From: Bacteroidales bacterium
GTDB taxonomy: Bacteria; Bacteroidota; Bacteroidia; Bacteroidales; F082
DNA length: 64,000 bases
NCBI GenBank assembly: GCA_023229135.1
Contig: JALNZT010000006.1
Span: 1,996-65,995 of the forward strand
Direction of reading: 5' to 3'
Below, one piece after another: positions 17,452 through 25,517 of this stretch; position 1 is the first letter of the stretch, and every line of letters starts with the position of its first letter. A program made the translations under genes and the position numbers. The notes beneath the pieces were generated by a model, which did no database searches, had not been told where the DNA came from, and worked only from the letters and a program-made list of their open reading frames with translations.

Positions 17452-17649
17452 TTAATACGCAAAATTATTCCTAGAGCCAGTTATTCCTGCACTTTGCCGG
17501 TTTGAATATGTTTGCTGATATGTAGTGTCGCCAGAACCACAATCACAACTGCAACTGCAAACTGGTGTCGAACCTCCACCTCCCTGTTCTCCACCTTTAA
17601 TATGACCTAATGAATTTTGGGTCATTTTGATTAATTTTAGATTTTTCAT
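17452..17649 (-). CDS. RiPP precursor peptide with a double-glycine leader and CxCxCxC core
   Basis: MKNLKLIKMTQNSLGHIKGG | EQGGGGSTPVCSCSCDCGSGDTTYQQTYSNRQSAGITGSRNNFAY. Confidence 0.85.
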   Translation of the reverse strand: MKNLKLIKMTQNSLGHIKGGEQGGGGSTPVCSCSCDCGSGDTTYQQTYSNRQSAGITGSRNNFAY

Positions 17650-17735
17650 ACTTTGAATTGTTAGACTGTAAATAATTGTGAGTAGTTAAAAGTGAATTGT
17701 GAAGCCGTCCTTAAAAGAAAGACGGCACAATTCAA

Positions 17736-18270
17736 TCGAACTTATTCTTCCCCAACCAGAAAATATATTTTGTCGTGCAACAAGGCACAAATTGTTTATC
17801 AAATAAAAGTGCGTGGGATAATTCATGACAACAGTCTGCATTAAAGCTATCTAGCCGGGCTATACCACCATACCTTACTTTTGCGGGGGGGGGGTAGGAT
17901 AGCAGAGCAAGCTAATCAGCTGCGTACGCTTTAAAGCACACGGCTTGAGGATTGCGTTTAGAAAAGACCTAAAAAAACGGATAGTTTTCATAAGCTGGTT
18001 TTGAGGCTTCAAGTATAAGTACAATAAACATAAAGCGCAACTTTTTTTTGCGATTTTGCAATAAAAAAAACAAATATTTTTTATGTTACTGAAATTCAAT
18101 TGAATAAAACTGTTTTTTAAGCTTGATAAATTCTAAAAGGTGGCTGAGAGAGCTTATATTAACTAAATGCGCTGGAAAAAATGGGAGCAAAACTTATGCT
18201 TTACAACTGAACATCAATGGCAAAAGAGACGGATTTAGGGGGGCACGGATTGCAAATCCGCGCCAGCGGG
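17736..18270 (-). repeat. promoter/leader module copy B (heads the complete rSAM operon)
   Basis: It aligns with copies A, D and E. It has a G10 run at 17885-17894, and its upstream end abuts a truncated gene at 18270/18271. Confidence 0.9.
18010..18040 (-). promoter_or_regulatory. Bacteroidota-type promoter in module B (TTG-20 nt-TATACTTG)
   Basis: Same sequence context as module A, about 355 nt upstream of the precursor ATG at 17649. Confidence 0.45.
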
Positions 18271-18841
18271 GAGAAATCTTATTTCCATACAATTGAACTT
18301 TTCTAAGACCTGGTAAAGCTTCATCTCTAAAAAAACGCAAAACCAAGTCACTATTTTTATACTGAGCCTCATTTAGGTTTGTGATTGGAGCATTGATTTG
18401 TTTATTACCCGACGTATTAAATGCTGAATCAGTTATGTTTGTTAAGGAATCTCCATGATATATAAACAACTCATGAAATGTATTTCTAAGGTTCATTGTT
18501 CGCCAGGTTCTTTCATCATTGAGATGTTCAAAATCAAAATTGAGTTTAGGGGCAAAAGGCATGATCACCGGCCGATAATCGCTTTCGATTATATCACCAT
18601 AATAATATTCCCTACATATTTCTATGAATTCCCTGATCTCACTATTAACCAATTCAAATTCACTTAATAGAGCAATTCTGTTAACATCATCATCGAGTAA
18701 TCTTTTTGCAAAACCAACGGATTCTTTATTTCTAAATAGGTAAAGAGAAGTTTTGTGACTTAAGGTATTATATAATAGAATATGGTTATCAATCAAGTCA
18801 GCATGAACAAATGGTTCGATATAGAAGTAGTTGTTAGGCAT
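18271..18841 (-). pseudogene. 3'-truncated pseudo-rSAM gene (only the first ~190 codons remain)
   Basis: From MPNNYFYIEPFVHADL.. to ..LRKVQLYGNKIS it is colinear with 11716-12996. It then reads into leader module B (PRWRGFAIRAP..). Its start overlaps the rSAM stop as ATGCCTAA. Confidence 0.85.
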
Positions 18842-20318
18842 AACGTGTTTTTCTCCAAATTTCTGAATACAATTCTGGCAAAGCCTCAAAAAAAGAATAA
18901 TAGTCGTTTAAAAGTCCCTTGTGACTTTCGTTATTAAGGAAAGAACATTTCAATGATTGCTCATCATTTAGCATGTTTAGAAACAAACATTCTTTACATA
19001 AATTGACTCGATAACAACTATTACATCTACCTTTCAGTTTCTCAAAATAGCCATTGTACATTTTGACTATCACTTTTGGTTCCAAATTTACAGTTCCACC
19101 TTGAACGTTTCCAAGGGCATATTGATGAGAAATAGCTTCGCATGGAAGTATTTTGCCTTTTGCTGTTACAAACATTCTTTTGCTAAAAGGGTTGCATGTT
19201 CCGGTTGGAAGGGAGTTCGAAATGGCATTGAAATTATACAAATCGTCTATCGCTGCAAAATGATTATTTGAATAGTTACGCAAAAACATATTATAGCTTA
19301 ATGACTCGCCCGAAGACAGAAAACATCTTTTGTGCCCAGATTTCCTAAAATCATAACTATGTCCATCATAATTGAAATTGTTTCCTGTCAACAAAGGGTT
19401 AACTTCAGATCCTTGAATAGATTTGTTAAACTCTCTCCATGCAAATTGCTGTGTTGATATATAATCATTCCTATCATGCAGAACTGCATTAAATAGCACA
19501 TTACGTTCAAAATAATCAGGATGCTTTTCCTTTACCAAACGTAAGTTCTTAAAAACTATGTCAAAAGATTCTTTTCCATTCGGAAAAAGCCTGTAACTAT
19601 TTGCAAAAGCCTCACCATCCAGGCTAATAGTGAGAGCGAAGTTGTTGTTTGAAATGAAATCGATGTATTTGTTTAGCAAAACACCGTTTGTTGTCATATT
19701 AAATCTAAACGTTAAACCGGTATTTTTGCTTACTTGGTTAATATACAAAACAAACGCTTCAATAAAACTAAAGTTCAACAAAGGCTCACCGCCAAAAAAA
19801 CCTATAAAAATTTCCTTTTCAGGATTTTTATTTAACTTACTAAGCCATTTTGGAATAAGATAATCAACTATCGCTCTGGCATCTAAAATATTCAAATCAA
19901 GATTCATCCGCGAATCATGTGTGTTATAACTATCTCCATAGAAACAATATTTACATTGTAGATTACATCTTTCTGTGATTTCAAATACAATTGCCCGTAG
20001 GTTTGACAGTTCGTACTCAATATCAGATTCTTTCAGGCGACCACCAATTATTTGTTCATTATCAATGTTTTCAAAAAATCCGTGTTCCCGAAGAAATTCG
20101 TATTTCTTTTTGTAATATACCAACTTATCATTTTTGTTTTGATTTACTAAGTTGGCTGTTTCTTTTTTATCTACCAATTGATTTTCATTGTTTTGCATTT
20201 TGAGTTTTTGATCGTGTGTCAAACTACTCATTAAGGGATGAAAATTAATCGAATACTTTTTATTAAAGCTAAATAGATAGTTATTGTATTTAGTTGAAAA
20301 GGTAGTGTAATCAGGCAT
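18834..20318 (-). CDS. radical SAM/SPASM domain peptide maturase (second copy)
   Basis: 494-aa ORF with ITERCNLQCKYCFYG, GTCNPFSKRMFVTAKGKILPCEA and CNSCYRVNLCKEC. It is colinear with 12989-14476. Confidence 0.9.
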   Translation of the reverse strand: MPDYTTFSTKYNNYLFSFNKKYSINFHPLMSSLTHDQKLKMQNNENQLVDKKETANLVNQNKNDKLVYYKKKYEFLREHGFFENIDNEQIIGGRLKESDIEYELSNLRAIVFEITERCNLQCKYCFYGDSYNTHDSRMNLDLNILDARAIVDYLIPKWLSKLNKNPEKEIFIGFFGGEPLLNFSFIEAFVLYINQVSKNTGLTFRFNMTTNGVLLNKYIDFISNNNFALTISLDGEAFANSYRLFPNGKESFDIVFKNLRLVKEKHPDYFERNVLFNAVLHDRNDYISTQQFAWREFNKSIQGSEVNPLLTGNNFNYDGHSYDFRKSGHKRCFLSSGESLSYNMFLRNYSNNHFAAIDDLYNFNAISNSLPTGTCNPFSKRMFVTAKGKILPCEAISHQYALGNVQGGTVNLEPKVIVKMYNGYFEKLKGRCNSCYRVNLCKECLFLNMLNDEQSLKCSFLNNESHKGLLNDYYSFFEALPELYSEIWRKTRYA

Positions 20319-20332
20319 CCTATAGCTGGTGT

Positions 20333-21583
20333 TTAGTAATTCGTATTTATAAAATTTCTCAAATATGTATTCATATCAGCTCGCTTTATCTTCAATACTT
20401 CTTCAATACAGTTGTAGAATTGATCCTCGTTATCAGCTTTGCAGAGAAATAGTTCTTTTACTTTTTCGTACCCACCATCTTTAAATGCAATTTCGCATAA
20501 AACAGCATGGATCATATACTGGAAATTATAGCTTGACTCTAAATCCCTAAACTGTAAAATTTCTTCATTCTCTTTCTTTAGCATCTCATCTTCAAGATTA
20601 TTAATACTTACCTTTGAATGACCAAAAAAGCTCTGAGACAAATCAATCCATACATTTTGGTCTAAGAATGTTTTAAAACGTGGCATATGCTCTTTATATG
20701 TATAACCAACATGCTCACCAAAATATGTAGCAACACCTTCCTCGAATAAAGCATATTTCCCTCTTTCATAGTTGCTTAATAAAATATGAATTATCTCGTG
20801 AAAGTAGTTCTCTCCACCGCCTCCAATGTAAACCATGTTATTTAAAACCGTGTAACCTCCTTGAATGGTGTTTGAAACACTACCATAGTCGAAATAATTG
20901 TAATCAACACCAAACAATTGTGAAATATCGGTCGTCCTATGTGATAAAACATAGTTGATAGGTTTTGAGCATTGGAGGTTAAAACCCTTTTTAAACTGCT
21001 CAATTTTCAAGCCTAATAAAGCTGTAAGACTATCATTCAATATATATTCCATTGGATAATAATATTTTATGCTATTAGGTAATTCTGTTTTTACAATACT
21101 AGAATGATGATTGAAGGCATTTTCAAGTTGGAGTCCATTCTCTGTCTTTCTAACATATATGGTTAAAAATGCCGAGGGGAACCCTCTAAATGGGGATTCC
21201 TCTGATGTTTTGAACATCGTTTTAATTTGGTACAGGTCATCTCTCCGATTGGTTATGCCTAGAAAATATTCAGTATCGTTTGTATACCATACATTTCCTT
21301 TAGACCGAAAATACGCATAGTACAGATCGGGGAAGTCAAACATAGAATTATCTTTTTCAGACCAATAGACTTTTAATTGCTCTGGCATATCATCTAGGAG
21401 GGCACCATTTTTAAGGTTTACAACATTTAATTCATCCATATAACTTTTCCAAAACTTAAAAACCTCCTTAAATTGTGGAGGTATCGTATCAGCAAAAGGA
21501 TAGATTTCAATATTTCTTTGTATTTGACCAAAAGAGATATGAAATGAATAGAAAAGGAATAGAAATAGAAGTGTTTTTTTCAT
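20333..21583 (-). CDS. secreted HExxH (gluzincin-like) putative zinc metallopeptidase, paralogue 3 (more divergent)
   Basis: 416-aa ORF with signal-like MKKTLLFLFLFYSFHISFG, the motif FHEIIHILL...LFEEGVATYFGE and a conserved C-terminal block GGYEKVKELFLCKADNEDQFYNCIEEVLKIKRAD. Confidence 0.6.
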   Translation of the reverse strand: MKKTLLFLFLFYSFHISFGQIQRNIEIYPFADTIPPQFKEVFKFWKSYMDELNVVNLKNGALLDDMPEQLKVYWSEKDNSMFDFPDLYYAYFRSKGNVWYTNDTEYFLGITNRRDDLYQIKTMFKTSEESPFRGFPSAFLTIYVRKTENGLQLENAFNHHSSIVKTELPNSIKYYYPMEYILNDSLTALLGLKIEQFKKGFNLQCSKPINYVLSHRTTDISQLFGVDYNYFDYGSVSNTIQGGYTVLNNMVYIGGGGENYFHEIIHILLSNYERGKYALFEEGVATYFGEHVGYTYKEHMPRFKTFLDQNVWIDLSQSFFGHSKVSINNLEDEMLKKENEEILQFRDLESSYNFQYMIHAVLCEIAFKDGGYEKVKELFLCKADNEDQFYNCIEEVLKIKRADMNTYLRNFINTNY

Positions 21584-21643
21584 TTTTGAATTACCCTTAA
21601 TACCTTTATTAATAAATAATTAAGAAATGTTAAAACTAAAAGA

Positions 21644-21712
21644 TTAAGGCTGTATATTATAATTCAAATTCATACTGTTGATGAAAATAGTGAGCATAAG
21701 ATACAGCCTTAA
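21644..21712 (-). terminator. 12-bp stem hairpin (large loop) after the third precursor gene
   Basis: ttaaggctgtat (21644-21655) pairs with atacagccttaa (21701-21712). Confidence 0.35.
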
Positions 21713-21722
21713 ACTAAGTCAA

Positions 21723-21926
21723 TTATGTTGGATTAGCTATTGACTTCATTGTTGAGTGATTAGTTGCACTTGTGGTTGTTGACCTATTCATATTATATGT
21801 TGTATCTTCACCACTACAACTACATGTACAGCTACAAGCTGGGGTTGTACCACCTCCGCCTTCTTCACCACCTTTGATTTGACTTAATGCATTCTGAGAC
21901 AAATTGATTAATTTTAAGTTTTTCAT
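21723..21926 (-). CDS. RiPP precursor peptide with a double-glycine leader and CxCxCxC core (divergent tail)
   Basis: MKNLKLINLSQNALSQIKGG | EEGGGGTTPACSCTCSCSGEDTTYNMNRSTTTSATNHSTMKSIANPT. Confidence 0.8.
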   Translation of the reverse strand: MKNLKLINLSQNALSQIKGGEEGGGGTTPACSCTCSCSGEDTTYNMNRSTTTSATNHSTMKSIANPT

Positions 21927-22007
21927 CGTTTGAAAAGTTTAATTGGAAATAATAATAACTAGAAAATGAGGGTACGCCGTCAATTAATTAATGACGGCAA
22001 TCATCGA

Positions 22008-22090
22008 TCGAACTTATTCTTCCCCAGCCAAAAGATATATTTTGTTGTGCAACACCGCACAAACTGTTTGCGAAATAAAAGGGTGTGAGC
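22008..22090 (-). repeat. partial promoter/leader module copy C (only the precursor-proximal ~80 nt conserved)
   Basis: tcgaacttattcttccccagccaaaagatatattttgttgtgcaaca..aaataaaag matches the low-coordinate end of copies A, B, D and E. The sequence from 22090 to about 22345 is unique and contains a G6 run at 22159-22164. Confidence 0.75.
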
Positions 22091-22440
22091 CTGATCGTGC
22101 ATGCAAGCAACAAGCTGCCGGATGATGCCTGTAAGACTCTTCCACTCGGTATTTATTAGGGGGGTTAATGGCTTGTATATCATAATTATATAAAGATTTG
22201 GTCATACAAACAACCAAGCATGCAAACAATTTGTTTGGGGCAGATAAACTTGGTGGGTAGGTGCTGGCTGATCTCATGGCTTTGTTTTCGGCTTTAAAAC
22301 TAAAAACAACATTTTTAGAAAGCAAATATTTTTTTGCATGATGTTTCTTTTCTTAATGGAGCAAATTTCTTAATCCGGCTGTTTATAGGGCATTGCAATG
22401 CTATTTAAAATGGATATAAATTGAGAAGTAATGTTTTCAG

Positions 22441-22681
22441 CCATACAGGGCAGCGGCACTTCGTTAGCCAGCTTGTCGAAGGTGATTTTTACACCCATAG
22501 TTCTGAAACCGATTTTCTCGGCTGCATCGCTGATGCCGAGCAAGGAAACCCCTTCACGGTTGATATGACAATAATCCCTTAGCTTGGGCAGGCTGTGTTG
22601 CTTGCCATGATGCCTGGCAATCGCATGCAGGCAGGCAGGGCCACAGTCGCGGGCGTCGAGTTGGGGGGTGAAGGGGAACAT
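22441..22681 (-). pseudogene. 5' fragment of a C39-peptidase ABC transporter gene (~80 codons)
   Basis: MFPFTPQLDARDCGPACLHAIARHHGK..KITFDKLANEVPLPC matches the N-terminus of 9457-11664. The DNA is near-identical by eye to 11425-11664, and the similarity stops abruptly near 22441. Confidence 0.85.
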
Positions 22682-22819
22682 CTTTTTGCGGTAATAATTT
22701 TTTTCAAGTATAATTTATAAGTTGATAACTATTCTAAAGGCTTTGTTACTTTTACTACCTCAACCTTTTTGCTCTTTTTATTAGTTATATGAATCTTAGC
22801 TAAAGTATATAAATTTGAA

Positions 22820-23770
22820 TCATTGATTAAGTTCTTTTTCATATAATAAATTTGCAATGTATTCATCAATTTCAGGATAACAATGTTCATATATCTCATC
22901 ATATTGCCCACATGGATTAAAATCTATAAACCAAAGTAATCCTGATTTGTCAACCAGTAGATCAATTACCGCAAAATTCGTCTGTAATAATTTGCAAAGG
23001 TTAAAAATGGACTGTTGTACTTCCTCACTTAATTTAGTTCTTTCATAGAATTCGCCGCTATTGGATTGATGACGGGAATCAACATGCCCCCTTATTTTAT
23101 GACTGTATTTTACGGCGAAAATTTTACGCTCCACGCACAGTAGTCTGATTTCTTGATCAAAATCAACTGCCTCTTGAAAAAAAGAATTGCCAAAATAATT
23201 CTTCAATTTGGAAACTTCGTATTCTTCAATAAATGTATGATACAAACTATTCTCTGAATCCATGAACAGAACATCACTAAATGGTTTACAGACAAACTTA
23301 TTGATTCCTGTTTCTATCAAGACTGATTTTTTATATGTGACATACGATTTAGGAATGCGTAAGGCTACAGATTTTGCTGCTAATAAAACTTCTAATTTAC
23401 CAATATTATGTATATTAGGATTACCTATGCAATAATGCCTTTTCAAAATAACTTTGGAAAGAAATACTTCCAAAGCTTTTTTTTCCTCAGCAATGAAATC
23501 TATAAAGCTTAGGTTTTTATCATCATTTATAAAAAGATACGAACCAAAGTTGCCACGTCTAAACCAAAAAACATCCTTTGAATCAATTTTTCTTTCAACT
23601 CCATCATAATAAATGTTTATGCCGGTCTGATTCAACATATCTAAGTTAAAGCTAAATCCCAAATAGTTTTCATCAAGATTTACTCTTAACACGCTAGTAT
23701 TGCATTTACGCAGGACATCAATTACTCTACTTGTTGGCTCATCATTAGCCTCAGTTAAAATAAATATCAT
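22820..23770 (-). CDS. ATP-grasp peptide maturase-like protein (MvdC/MvdD-type architecture)
   Basis: 316-aa ORF. The N-terminus MIFILTEANDEPTSRVIDVL resembles microviridin-type ATP-grasp ligases. The C-terminal FAVIDLLVDKSGLLWFIDFNPCGQYD resembles the ATP-grasp Mg-binding E/D-x-N-P-x-G region. Confidence 0.6.
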   Translation of the reverse strand: MIFILTEANDEPTSRVIDVLRKCNTSVLRVNLDENYLGFSFNLDMLNQTGINIYYDGVERKIDSKDVFWFRRGNFGSYLFINDDKNLSFIDFIAEEKKALEVFLSKVILKRHYCIGNPNIHNIGKLEVLLAAKSVALRIPKSYVTYKKSVLIETGINKFVCKPFSDVLFMDSENSLYHTFIEEYEVSKLKNYFGNSFFQEAVDFDQEIRLLCVERKIFAVKYSHKIRGHVDSRHQSNSGEFYERTKLSEEVQQSIFNLCKLLQTNFAVIDLLVDKSGLLWFIDFNPCGQYDEIYEHCYPEIDEYIANLLYEKELNQ

Positions 23771-24471
23771 CGTATATCTATAAGTTCTAGTCTGGTTGTT
23801 ATACCATTAATCTCATTTTCAATAAGAACAAAACCATAATCTTTGTTAAATAAAAATACTGAGTACCCTGTGCCCAACTTTGATTGTGAAACAGCAGTAA
23901 CTTTACGGCACGCAATTTTTATCCCTTGATAAATTATAATGGAATCACCAACAATCTTATATCTTGATATTATCTTTGTTTTTTTTGGTATGTTCCATCC
24001 TTCAAAAGCTGTTAAAGTTTGTTTCCATTTAAAATTGATATTCTTTCTTAATCTAATCTCAGGAAATGGGAGTAGTTGATGAATTTCATTTTCATTTGCT
24101 CTGGGCGGGTGTATTTCATAAGATTTCTTATTTTCAGTAGCAAGAGTCTCCTCCCATGTATAGTCTATTTTTTTATTTAGAGAATCTAAGCTTAAGAAAT
24201 ATGTGTATCTGACCAGAGTTTGATTAAACTTTGGTTCGGGCTGTACTGTCAGCAAAATGAAAAACTTACGAATTATGCCTGAAGAATCAGCATAAACTTC
24301 TTCATACAAATATTGTTTTCCAGGGTTTAAGATCCTGTTATCATCGTTTGGGTTATTTCTTGCTGAGAAGCAAAATGAATTCAGACTTAACACACATGCT
24401 AAACACAACAAGATGTTAATAAGCAAGCGGTTATGACTACCGCTTGCCTTGAAAAACCTATTCGTTAACAT
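23767..24471 (-). CDS. hypothetical secreted/membrane-anchored protein in the ATP-grasp cassette
   Basis: 234-aa ORF with the hydrophobic N-terminus LLINILLCLACVLSLNSFCFS. Its stop overlaps the ATP-grasp start (ATGA). I recognise no motif. Confidence 0.6.
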   Translation of the reverse strand: MLTNRFFKASGSHNRLLINILLCLACVLSLNSFCFSARNNPNDDNRILNPGKQYLYEEVYADSSGIIRKFFILLTVQPEPKFNQTLVRYTYFLSLDSLNKKIDYTWEETLATENKKSYEIHPPRANENEIHQLLPFPEIRLRKNINFKWKQTLTAFEGWNIPKKTKIISRYKIVGDSIIIYQGIKIACRKVTAVSQSKLGTGYSVFLFNKDYGFVLIENEINGITTRLELIDIR

Positions 24472-24473
24472 TT

Positions 24474-24683
24474 TTAGTTTGCATTGATTTTAATTACTAT
24501 GCCTAAAATTTTACGATCGGTACGTTGAATATTGTTATGCATATAGTATGTTTTCTTCCCAAAGATACCATCAACTTGTATATCCTCGTCTGTCTCAATA
24601 TAATCTGTAATTATATCGCTTTCAGAAGTGCCTCCAATAACATTATCCATATCTGTTTTGTCAATGAAAATTACTTTTTTCAT
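24474..24683 (-). CDS. candidate RiPP precursor with a GG leader and Thr/Ser/Asp/Glu/Lys-rich core
   Basis: MKKVIFIDKTDMDNVIGG | TSESDIITDYIETDEDIQVDGIFGKKTYYMHNNIQRTDRKILGIVIKINAN. It is the first gene after leader module D and lies two genes upstream of the ATP-grasp enzyme. Confidence 0.6.
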   Translation of the reverse strand: MKKVIFIDKTDMDNVIGGTSESDIITDYIETDEDIQVDGIFGKKTYYMHNNIQRTDRKILGIVIKINAN

Positions 24684-24792
24684 AAAATAATATATTAATT
24701 TAGTTGATTAAAACCTAAAATTCTCCAACGGTATAAATCTATCCGTGAATAAAGCCGTCCATCCAATGGTTTTGGTAGACGGCCCACCTCGG

Positions 24793-25358
24793 TCGAACTT
24801 ATTCTTCCCCAACCAATCCCGAAAGCTTTCGGGAATATTTCGTCGTGCAATAAGGCACAAATTGTCTATCAAATAAAAGTATGTAGTAAAGCTCATGACA
24901 ACAAGCTCCATTAAAGGCGGCTAACCGGGCTAAACCACCATAGTCTTGCTTTTGCGGGGGGGGGGGTAAAGCCATGTTGTTCATGATAACACAACAAGCT
25001 TATCAAACGTGTACACTTTATAGTACACAACTTAAAGATTGCGGTTAGAAAAGACCTAAAAAAACGGATAGTTTTCATAAGCTGGTTTTGAGGCTTCAAA
25101 TATAAGTACAATAAACATAAAGCGCAACTTTTTTTTACGATTTTGCAATAAAAAAACAAATATTTTTTATATTACTGAAAATCAACTGAATAAAACTGTT
25201 TTTTAAGCTTGATAAATTGCCAAATGCGGCTGAGAGAGCTTAGATTAACTAAATATGCTGGAAAAAATGGGAGCAAAACTTATGCTTTACAACTGATTAT
25301 CAATGGCAAAAGAGAAGGATTTAGGGGGGCACGGATTGCAAATCCGCGCCAGCGGGTG
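24793..25358 (-). repeat. promoter/leader module copy D (heads the ATP-grasp cassette)
   Basis: It aligns with copies A, B and E and has a G11 run at 24956-24966. It carries an extra small hairpin insertion cccgaaagctttcggg at 24818-24833. Confidence 0.9.
25097..25127 (-). promoter_or_regulatory. Bacteroidota-type promoter in module D (TTG-20 nt-TATATTTG, perfect TAnnTTTG)
   Basis: The minus strand reads gTTGcgctttatgtttattgtactTATATTTGaagcc. Confidence 0.5.
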
Positions 25359-25516
25359 TTTGTAGTAAACGGCGCTTTCCCTAATATTATAGATTTATTG
25401 TTTTGACCAATTGTTTGGCAAGTCCAATTATCACCAGCAACTTGTGCAAATATAAAATTATTAACAACCAGAAAAAAGATTAGTAAAATAGGTTTGAAAT
25501 TAAATTTTGTCATCAT
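25280..25516 (-). pseudogene. truncated ORF running into leader module D
   Basis: MMTKFNFKPILLIFFLVVNNFIFAQVAGDNWTCQTIGQNNKSIILGKAPFTTN is followed, from 25358 downward, by the same module-encoded tail (RWRGFAIRAPLNPSLLPL) seen on the truncated pseudo-rSAM gene. Confidence 0.6.
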
Positions 25517-25517
25517 T

